From: Caedimonas varicaedens
Lineage (GTDB): Bacteria > Pseudomonadota > Alphaproteobacteria > Caedimonadales > Caedimonadaceae
DNA length: 7,320 nt
Assembly (NCBI GenBank): GCA_001192655.1
Contig: BBVC01000033.1
Span: 1-7,320, forward strand
Direction of reading: 5' to 3'
Shown here: positions 1 to 6,019 of the stretch, piece after piece
Layout: every line of letters begins with the position of its first letter
Position numbering within the stretch: position 1 is the stretch's first letter
Translations under genes and position numbers: made by a program
The notes under the pieces: model-generated
Told to the model about the DNA's origin: nothing
Databases searched by the model: none
What the model saw: the letters and a program-made list of their open reading frames with translations, nothing else

Positions 1-150
1 ATGACGATGTGTCTGAGGCTCAGGCTTCTTGACCCATCTGACAAGACTGGTCACTCCAACACCAAAGAGATCCGCCGTTTCAGCAAAACTCAAATTTTTC
101 TTCTTTTTTACAGATAAAACACGAAGTCTAAAATCTAATGAATAGGTCAT
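1..150 (-). mobile_element. IS630-family transposase, N-terminal (HTH) part; the gene continues beyond the left window edge
   Basis: Not in the ORF track. My reverse-complement translation of 150..1 gives MTYSLDFRLRVLSVKKKKNLSFAETADLFGVGVTSLVRWVKKPEPQTHRH with no stop before the edge. The M-x-YSLDFR-x-x-VL start plus a helix-turn-helix (..SFAETADLFGV..TSLVRWVK) is the typical N-terminus of IS630/Tc1-mariner-type bacterial transposases. An AGAGGA Shine-Dalgarno sits about 8 nt upstream of the ATG at 150. The IS end (terminal inverted repeat, TA target site) should lie at roughly 151..190 but cannot be defined from one copy. Confidence 0.8.
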
Positions 151-189
151 GGAATAATCCTCTTAAAAATTATCCATAATATAACCATT

Positions 190-438
190 TTAAAGGTTTT
201 TAGCTATAGGAAGAGCGGGAAGAATCAAAGGCTTGACAGATTGAGATAACGATACAACGACCTTTTCATGTATAGGTGAAGAAAGTTGATGGACAGTTTC
301 ATATCTGTGGGAAAAAAAAGAGACCCCCAACAAGACAAGAAGAACGCTACCTAAAGAACCGATATATAAAGCTATACTTCCTTTATGAAAGACAGGATGT
401 TTGGGGGAACGAAATACCCGCTCATTTTCCAGATGCAT
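190..438 (-). CDS. Hypothetical small membrane protein (82 aa); possibly the N-terminal remnant of a gene truncated by the adjacent IS630 element
   Basis: The ORF begins with an ATG that overlaps the ctpA 3' end by 17 nt. It has one clear hydrophobic segment (IALYIGSLGSVLLVLLGVSFF). It stops about 40 nt from the transposase start. It contains a T8/G5 homopolymer stretch (312..328 on the plus strand). No recognisable domain. It may not be a functional gene. Confidence 0.3.
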   Translation of the reverse strand: MHLENERVFRSPKHPVFHKGSIALYIGSLGSVLLVLLGVSFFSHRYETVHQLSSPIHEKVVVSLSQSVKPLILPALPIAKNL

Positions 439-1894
439 TCATTGGCTCCATTTTTGACAGATTTTCTTTCAATTTCGGCACTCCATCACCTTGTTCTAAA
501 AGAGCCATCACCCTTATTACATTTAAGGCCTGTTCAAGTTGATAATCCTTGAGCGGTTTGAGAAGAGCATTCTTTTTTAGATCTGAGGTTGTTGACTCCT
601 TATAATCTTCTTTCAACTCATTTTTCTTTTCTTTTGGGGGAAGATTTATTTTTGTAGACGGATCACTTGCGGGAGTTGTTGAATTTTTTAGGTTCTCTAA
701 ATCAAGCGCTGTTGAAAAGCTTGATTCCCTGAAACGTGCATCTTCTTTAATCGTTTGAAGATCTACCAGCTGCTCTACCACCACATCAGGTATAATGCCC
801 TGTTTTTGAATTGCTCTGCCAGAAGGCGTATAATAAAGCGCTGTAGTGAATTTTATAGCACCGCCATTGGTGAGAGGAAGGACTGTTTGCACAGATCCTT
901 TTCCGAACGATTTGGTTCCGACGATAATAGCACGATGATGATCCTGAAGTGCTCCCGCAACAATCTCTGACGCCGACGCACTGCCGCCATTAATCAGCAC
1001 GACGAGAGGAAATCCATTGATAGAATCACCCGATGTTGCCTCAAAACGAGTTATTTTTTGAGTGCCACGCCCCCGAATAGAGACAATCTCTCTTTGATTC
1101 AAAAAAGCATCACTTACTGAAACAGCTTGATCCAGAAGACCCCCAGGATTATTGCGAAGATCAATAATGAAACCTTTCAGCTTACTACCTAACTTGGCAC
1201 TCATTTCCTTGATGCTTTTGTGAAGCGCCAGGGTCGTTTCCTTATTGAATGTCTTGATACGAATATACCCTATTTCTCCCTCTATTTTCCAATCAACAGG
1301 CTTGATATTGATGTCCTCGCGTGTGATCACAAGGTCAAATTGGTCTGTCTTATGACGCCGAATCGTTAGTTTCACAGTTGTACGAGGGTTTCCTCTCAGC
1401 TTTTCCGCTGCCTCGAAAAGACTTAGTCCCAGAACAGGTTCATTATTAATCATCACGATGTAATCGCCAGCTTGCATGCCTGCTTTTGCTGCAGGTGTAT
1501 CAGGGATCGCAGAGATAACACGCACCAGGCTGTTTTCCATCATGACTTCAATGCCCAGTCCTCCATATTTGCCTTGGGTCTGCTTTTTAACTTCTTCAAA
1601 ATGCTTAGAATCGAGGTAGGTAGAATGGGGGTCAAGCCCTGAAAGCATTCCATTGAGAGCTCCATCAAGCAATTTTTCGTTCGTCACAGGTTCAACATAT
1701 TCTCGTCGCAAGCGATCTGTAACGTAGGAAAAAAATGTTGCTATATCTTGGGAAGAGAGAGAGTCTTTTTGCTTTAGTTCAGGAACAAGTTCTGCACTTT
1801 CGACAGTTATCGTACACAAAAAAAACAAAAGAAGTCTAAGCTTTGCGAAACAAACAAAATGAAAGAAGCGTTGAAATTTCATAGACTGACTCAT
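422..1894 (-). CDS. ctpA: Carboxy-terminal processing protease, peptidase family S41 (CtpA/Prc-like) with a PDZ domain
   Basis: 490-aa ORF. N-terminal signal-like segment (KFQRFFHFVCFAKLRLLLFFLCTITV). PDZ region (GGLGIEV...IPDTPAAKAGMQAGDYIVMINNEPV). S41 core motifs: DLRNNPGG, the catalytic Ser context GGSASASEIVAGAL, and the catalytic Lys context GTKSFGKGSVQTV. C-terminal DYQLEQALNVI tail as seen in alphaproteobacterial CtpA. The start could instead be the Met5 codon at 1882. Confidence 0.93.
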   Translation of the reverse strand: MSQSMKFQRFFHFVCFAKLRLLLFFLCTITVESAELVPELKQKDSLSSQDIATFFSYVTDRLRREYVEPVTNEKLLDGALNGMLSGLDPHSTYLDSKHFEEVKKQTQGKYGGLGIEVMMENSLVRVISAIPDTPAAKAGMQAGDYIVMINNEPVLGLSLFEAAEKLRGNPRTTVKLTIRRHKTDQFDLVITREDINIKPVDWKIEGEIGYIRIKTFNKETTLALHKSIKEMSAKLGSKLKGFIIDLRNNPGGLLDQAVSVSDAFLNQREIVSIRGRGTQKITRFEATSGDSINGFPLVVLINGGSASASEIVAGALQDHHRAIIVGTKSFGKGSVQTVLPLTNGGAIKFTTALYYTPSGRAIQKQGIIPDVVVEQLVDLQTIKEDARFRESSFSTALDLENLKNSTTPASDPSTKINLPPKEKKNELKEDYKESTTSDLKKNALLKPLKDYQLEQALNVIRVMALLEQGDGVPKLKENLSKMEPMNASGK

Positions 1895-2000
1895 GTTATC
1901 TAAAATTCTCTGTATTTAGAGCATATTTGAAAGAACTTTTCAAATGATGTTCAGATTGGAAGAAAGGGGATTGTTTCATAGCCGTCAGGAAAAACCTACC

Positions 2001-3623
2001 CTAAAATACAGTTTTTCTCCTCTCAAACACCTTTTTGATCGCTTTATCTTGCTGATAAATATCTTCAACAAAATAAGGCTGATTTTGGTCATCAATCCAT
2101 ACTGTCTGGTAAGTGACATAGATATTGACAGGGTGTTCCAGGGGAAGAGTTTGGGTCTGATTGCCTTGCGTGACCTGAATGATTGTTTCCTGCGACCATT
2201 TTTCAGGGTTATTCAAGAGAAAAAAAGCCAGAGACACGGGATCAAAAACCCGAATGCAACCGGAACTGAATGATCTCTTCTCTTTTTTGAAGAGGTCTAC
2301 ATCAGGTGTACCATGCAAAAAGACATCAAAGGGAGTGTTAATATGAAAAAATAGTTTCCCAAGAGCGTTGGCGCTGCCTGGATCTTGAACAATCCGATAA
2401 TCGAAAGAAGAACTGTCTACGTCTGACCAGTCAACCTCTTCAGGATTCACTGCTTCTCCAGACTCATCATAAATATGATATCCTTTTGTATTAAAATAGG
2501 ATGGATCAGATCTCAACAAAGGTAATTTATCTTTGACAGCAATACTGTGGGGAACGTACCAGGAAGGATTAAATCGAACGAAATCAATCTTTGAAGAAAA
2601 AACAGGGGTTTGTCGATAATTTCGTCCAATAATAACAGGCATCTGTAGAATTTTTTTCTCATTCTCGAATGCCTGTAGATAATATCCCGCAATATTAACC
2701 AGAATATAATGCTCACCTTTATTTTCGGGCAACCAACGCCAACGTTCCATTGACAGCAAAATCTGGTCAATCCGGTCTTTTACAGAAACATTCAGGGCAA
2801 CCAGCGTTTCCTTACCGAGTCTGCCATCAGCTTCAAGTCCGTGATAATGTTGAAACTCTTTTAATGCTTGCTCAATTGATGAATCAAAGACACTGTTATT
2901 CGTTCCTTCTTTTAAATAACCTTCAAGTATAAGACGTGTCTTCAGAGCTTCTACAAAAGCATCATTTGTTCCCAATGTTATTTTCTGGTTTTCAGGAAGC
3001 TTTAAAGGTGTCCATTCTCCTTTTTGCTCAATGTTCCGATAGCGCGCTAAAACCTCTTTGAGTTGCTGATATTCAGGATGATGTACTGTCAGTTCCGTAA
3101 GCCATTTTCCTGATGGGTCTTCTTTCATTCCATTACTCAGGATCTCATAAGGGTCTACCATATCGACCTTAATATAAAGCTGTTTACTGATCTTCTGGGG
3201 ATTGAGGCGTTCTCCGTCTAAATCTTTAATGTAAAAAATAATATATTTCGTTAAAAGCGTCTCATATTCTGCCACTTTTTCAGGAGAAAGAAGATGCAAT
3301 TCGAGAAACAAAAAATTTCTTAATACAAGATGATAATCTTGCGGGTTAAGGCCTTCCTGGCCGGCATTTTTAAGGGTTTGAAGAGCATATTGACCCGCAG
3401 AATTCAAGCGTGAACCCTGAAACCATACAGGCTGAAAATCGCGATCTCTATAGAATTGAAGGACTTTCCGATCTGTTGCATCCATTCTGAAATGAAGATC
3501 TGCGTCTTGATCGTTCTTTTGTAAAATATCATGCACCAGGAAATTTTCACTCAATTCCTGTGCGTTGATATTTGAGGAATAATAAAAGAAAAACAAAAAA
3601 AATACACTAAGCGTACGGATCAT
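2001..3623 (-). CDS. L,D-transpeptidase family protein (YkuD catalytic domain) with a peptidoglycan-binding domain; YcbB/LdtD-like architecture
   Basis: 540-aa ORF with a signal peptide (MIRTLSVFFLFFFYYSSNINA-QE). PG_binding_1-like repeat (LKEFQHYHGLEADGRLGKETLVALNV). YkuD catalytic signature HGTP...(x13)...SSGCIRV near the C-terminus (His/Cys active site). Confidence 0.9.
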   Translation of the reverse strand: MIRTLSVFFLFFFYYSSNINAQELSENFLVHDILQKNDQDADLHFRMDATDRKVLQFYRDRDFQPVWFQGSRLNSAGQYALQTLKNAGQEGLNPQDYHLVLRNFLFLELHLLSPEKVAEYETLLTKYIIFYIKDLDGERLNPQKISKQLYIKVDMVDPYEILSNGMKEDPSGKWLTELTVHHPEYQQLKEVLARYRNIEQKGEWTPLKLPENQKITLGTNDAFVEALKTRLILEGYLKEGTNNSVFDSSIEQALKEFQHYHGLEADGRLGKETLVALNVSVKDRIDQILLSMERWRWLPENKGEHYILVNIAGYYLQAFENEKKILQMPVIIGRNYRQTPVFSSKIDFVRFNPSWYVPHSIAVKDKLPLLRSDPSYFNTKGYHIYDESGEAVNPEEVDWSDVDSSSFDYRIVQDPGSANALGKLFFHINTPFDVFLHGTPDVDLFKKEKRSFSSGCIRVFDPVSLAFFLLNNPEKWSQETIIQVTQGNQTQTLPLEHPVNIYVTYQTVWIDDQNQPYFVEDIYQQDKAIKKVFERRKTVF

Positions 3624-3822
3624 TATTATTATCCTGTTTTCCGTTCCCTGTTTTTTATCTTTTCACTCTGAAGTTTAGTGTAATTTACTAAAACTGCACA
3701 ACGATAAAAGATTGAAAAACATTTTTTCTATTTCCTCACTCATACGACTGCCTAAAAAAATAATAGACTTACGAATCAACCATCCAATTATAAAGAAATA
3801 GTTTTATTTTTTTAGAGTCTGA

Positions 3823-3851
3823 TTTACGAGCAATTGATAAGATGATATAAA
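3823..3851 (+). promoter_or_regulatory. Candidate sigma70-type promoter for dksA with an extended -10
   Basis: TTTACG (3823..3828), a 17-nt spacer, then TGaTATAAA (3843..3851). It lies about 35 nt upstream of the dksA ATG. AGGA (3874..3877) serves as the Shine-Dalgarno 8 nt before the ATG at 3886. This is pattern matching only, in a 262-bp AT-rich divergent intergenic region. Confidence 0.3.
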
Positions 3852-3885
3852 AGCACTTCAAATAAGACAGGATAGGACATTCCAC

Positions 3886-4344
3886 ATGACAAATGAAAAT
3901 ACCAAAGAGAATATTGTTGTTTTACAAAAAAACATTACTCTTCCTGCTGGCTATAAACCTTCGGAAGATGAAGAGTATATGTGTGATCTCCATTTGGAAT
4001 ATTTTCGTCAAAAATTACTATTATGGAAATCTGAACTTCTGAAAGATTTCGTCGAGACACTACACCATCTTCAGGAAGAAACCCATAATGAACCTGATGT
4101 TGCAGATCGTGCCTCGGCTGAAACTGATCGCGCGATTGAATTACGTACGCGTGATCGCGGGCGTAAACTGATCAATAAAATTGATGATGCGTTGATGCGA
4201 ATTGAAGACGGAACCTACGGTTATTGTGAGGAGGCAGGCGACGCGATTGGTCTGCCACGCCTAGAAGCTCGGCCTATTGCGACACTTAGTTTGGAAGCCC
4301 AGGAACGGCACGAGAAAGAAGAGCGCGTTCACCGCGATGATTAG
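3886..4344 (+). CDS. dksA: RNA polymerase-binding transcription factor DksA (one-cysteine, zinc-finger-degenerate variant)
   Basis: 152-aa ORF. Coiled-coil tip motif DxxDxA (D71-V-A-D74-R-A76). Conserved ELRTRDRGRKLI..I..AL.RIEDGTYGYCEE.G..IGL.RLEARP.ATLSLEAQERHE C-terminal region. Positions equivalent to the E. coli Cys4 finger read C114, A117, S135, A138. Confidence 0.95.
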   Translation: MTNENTKENIVVLQKNITLPAGYKPSEDEEYMCDLHLEYFRQKLLLWKSELLKDFVETLHHLQEETHNEPDVADRASAETDRAIELRTRDRGRKLINKIDDALMRIEDGTYGYCEEAGDAIGLPRLEARPIATLSLEAQERHEKEERVHRDD

Positions 4345-4348
4345 GTTG

Positions 4349-4380
4349 AACTCTCTCTGTGCAGACAGGGAGAGTTTTAT
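4349..4380. terminator. Hairpin between the convergent dksA and holin genes; likely rho-independent terminator for dksA, possibly bidirectional
   Basis: Stem AACTCTCTCTG (4349..4359) pairs with CAGGGAGAGTT (4366..4376): 11 bp with one T-G wobble and a 6-nt loop TGCAGA. It is followed by TTTTAT on the plus strand, 5 nt after the dksA stop. In the minus orientation there is no U-tract, so termination of the holin operon here is less certain. Confidence 0.55.
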
Positions 4381-4453
4381 CTATATCGGGCAAAAAACAT
4401 AACCTCAGGTATATTAATTCGATTTTTTCTGGCTCACAAAATATATCAGAAGA

Positions 4454-5011
4454 TCACAAGGAATGATTTCCTCTGGTTCCCAGTAAGGAAACCAAATCCT
4501 TGTTTTTGCTTCCTCGTGACGAACCAAATTCAAAAGCGTAGGCATCTTTAAGACAAGCCCCGAAAATCCCGGCAATTGTTGAAATAATTCCTACCGCTTC
4601 TCCGGGCAATTCTCCCTGATAGTATCCAAGCGCAATAAGGCAAAAAAGAAGCCCCGCTGCCGCAGACATGACCATAATATCTGCACGTGTATTACTGCGG
4701 CCAGCGGCAATAAGGGCGGCATCACGATCACGCGAGTTTATGCGGTCTTGAAGATAAGAGCGTTCTATCTCATGATTCATTGTTGTCAACGCTTGTTGAT
4801 ATTGAATAAATAGCTTGGGATCATCAGTCAGCGCTTGAACGGCAGCCATGGGATGATCTGCATGTGTCACCTTTTTGGCAAGCTCTACTACCTGTTGTGC
4901 AATTTTTTGAGTACCGACAACAGATTCTTCAGAATTTGAAAGCCATTTTGAAATCAGGGGAGTCATTTCGGCTAAAGCAACAGCCGCAGCAATAACAGGT
5001 GCTACCATCAT
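4454..5011 (-). CDS. Holin-like membrane protein with three TM segments, resembling the 'holin of 3TMs for gene-transfer release' type
   Basis: 185-aa ORF starting 11 nt downstream of the hydrolase gene, with a GGAAAGG Shine-Dalgarno. Ala-rich TM1 at aa 3-20 (VAPVIAAAVALAEMTPLI). About 90 aa of helical polar linker. TM2 at about 111-131 and TM3 at about 138-154. Charged C-terminal tail with FGSSRGSKNKD. Its position directly after an endolysin candidate supports the call. The family assignment is from memory of the motif pattern and is not verified. Confidence 0.6.
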   Translation of the reverse strand: MMVAPVIAAAVALAEMTPLISKWLSNSEESVVGTQKIAQQVVELAKKVTHADHPMAAVQALTDDPKLFIQYQQALTTMNHEIERSYLQDRINSRDRDAALIAAGRSNTRADIMVMSAAAGLLFCLIALGYYQGELPGEAVGIISTIAGIFGACLKDAYAFEFGSSRGSKNKDLVSLLGTRGNHSL

Positions 5012-5022
5012 GAATACCTTTC

Positions 5023-5469
5023 CTAAGCATGAAGTTTAAAAAATATATGTTGCCCTATGCAAGCTTGTGGTTTTACACCTTTAACCCAAGCAGGTGTATA
5101 GGAAAGCCAGGAAGCGTAATAATGGTCACTTCCATGTGTTAAATCAGGCCATTTTCCTTGGTAAATGTTTTCTGCAACGTTCCAGCATAAATCAAAAATA
5201 TGATTATCTCCCAATTGCACAGATGTAATCATTTGATAGTTAGCATCATTCGCATTCCAGCAGGAAAACTGATGGGGTTTCAAACATATCTCGCTGATGC
5301 TTTTTCCAAAACGCTGAGGAAATTTCGTACGATTCACAATAACATTTGCAATCGCCATAAGAGCACCAAGACCACCATCTGTTCGATTGAATTCACCTCT
5401 TGCTTCCCCATAAATAGTCCGCGCCAAAACATCCAAGTCATAAAGCCTCTTATCCTCTTCACTGAGCAT
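5023..5469 (-). CDS. Cell wall hydrolase, SleB/CwlJ family (Hydrolase_2); endolysin candidate without a signal peptide
   Basis: Motifs LARTIYGEARGE, ALMAIANVIVNR and KPHQFSCWN are typical of the SleB-type hydrolase domain. I place the start at the ATG at 5469 (MLSEEDKRLYDL..., 148 aa) because GAAAGGAGAGG lies 5-7 nt upstream. The ORF-track start at 5532 would add 21 non-conserved residues and a 74-nt overlap with the upstream gene. Confidence 0.88.
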   Translation of the reverse strand: MLSEEDKRLYDLDVLARTIYGEARGEFNRTDGGLGALMAIANVIVNRTKFPQRFGKSISEICLKPHQFSCWNANDANYQMITSVQLGDNHIFDLCWNVAENIYQGKWPDLTHGSDHYYASWLSYTPAWVKGVKPQACIGQHIFFKLHA

Positions 5470-6019
5470 TTTCCTCTCCTTTCTCAATAAGATTGATATC
5501 CTGAAAGGTCCGCCAGGACTGACCATCTCCATAAATCAAGCGTATTTTCCTTGACTTTATATAGAATCCAACCTTTCCTTCTTCGGGATCAGGCAAATCA
5601 TCGTCTTCTGTAAAAACAGGAAGCTCGCCAGGTATGGACAAGTCTGCGAGCATGTCAGAAACATCAACCAGAATTTTCCAGCTTTCTTGTTCAAATTCAG
5701 GCACACTGTCATGAGCCCTAACACAGACCCATGTTTTGGCATCCATAACAACAACGTCATAAAGAGCATAAGGTGTATTTGGCTCCCATCGTCCTCGCAA
5801 ATTATAAGACAGTGCAGGAAGTTTAAACTGGCCGAAAAAAGTCCCCTGATTTCCTGAAATGTAAAGAATATCTCCTTTTTGTTCAATTTTTCCAATACCT
5901 TCTGACGGATTTGGTGTTTCTTCCAGGGCTTCAACTCGTTTGAGAAGTTCTTCAAAATTCCCGTCGATTTCATCTGAAGTGAGGGGGGCATTCTTTTGGT
6001 GACGATAAATGATAGGCAT
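5459..6019 (-). CDS. Hypothetical protein, phage tail-fibre / receptor-binding-like (186 aa)
   Basis: The N-terminus (PLTSDEIDGNFEELLKRVEALE) resembles the 'LTxxEvDxNF' start common in phage tail-fibre proteins. Residues 78-114 (W-x5-Y-x2-YDVV-x6-W-x-C-x2-AH-x10-W) resemble CBM5/12-like carbohydrate-binding repeats found in fibres. An acidic linker (FTEDDDLPDPEEG) follows. The start codon overlaps the upstream stop (TAATG at 6017..6021). Confidence 0.5.
   Translation of the reverse strand: MPIIYRHQKNAPLTSDEIDGNFEELLKRVEALEETPNPSEGIGKIEQKGDILYISGNQGTFFGQFKLPALSYNLRGRWEPNTPYALYDVVVMDAKTWVCVRAHDSVPEFEQESWKILVDVSDMLADLSIPGELPVFTEDDDLPDPEEGKVGFYIKSRKIRLIYGDGQSWRTFQDINLIEKGEENAQ

Noticed and set aside
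276-542. 88-aa plus-strand ORF overlapping the small ORF and the ctpA 3' end
   Set aside because: It lies antisense to a well-supported gene, has low-complexity composition and no RBS or domain. This is a typical shadow ORF.
755-970. 71-aa plus-strand ORF inside ctpA
   Set aside because: It is antisense to the conserved S41 catalytic region. Shadow ORF.
1944-2273. 109-aa plus-strand ORF overlapping the ldt 3' end
   Set aside because: It is mostly antisense to the conserved YkuD domain coding sequence, and no motif is recognisable.
2513-2932. 85-aa minus-strand (2513..2770) and 60-aa plus-strand (2750..2932) ORFs inside the L,D-transpeptidase gene
   Set aside because: They are alternative-frame or antisense ORFs wholly inside a 540-aa gene with clear domain signatures. 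There is no independent support.
312-3602. A8/T8 homopolymer tracts at 312..319, 1818..1825 and 3595..3602 as possible phase-variation switches in envelope genes
   Set aside because: In ctpA and ldt they simply encode poly-Phe/Leu in the signal peptides and are in frame. Eight-nucleotide A/T runs are expected in AT-rich genomes. There is no evidence of length variation from a single sequence.
3624-3885. The AT-rich 262-nt divergent intergenic region, checked for a tRNA, riboswitch, small RNA or CRISPR-like repeats
   Set aside because: It contains only short AT-only hairpins and an 8-nt direct repeat (CCTGTTTT at 3632..3639 and 3647..3654) next to the ldt RBS. There is no cloverleaf-capable sequence and no conserved riboswitch core. 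It is most simply two divergent promoters.
5003-5011. Tandem Met-Met start of the holin as a lambda S105/S107-style dual-start (holin/antiholin) motif
   Set aside because: The two Met codons are adjacent with no charged residue between them. The two products would not differ in N-terminal charge, which is the basis of the lambda mechanism.
5200-5490. 96-aa plus-strand ORF antisense to the SleB-family hydrolase
   Set aside because: Shadow ORF opposite the conserved hydrolase motifs.
5470-5532. N-terminal extension of the hydrolase ORF (MEMVSPGGPFRISILLRKERK) given in the ORF track
   Set aside because: There is no RBS at 5532 and the extension would overlap the upstream gene by 74 nt. The internal ATG at 5469 has a strong GGAGAGG Shine-Dalgarno, and the family homology begins right after it.
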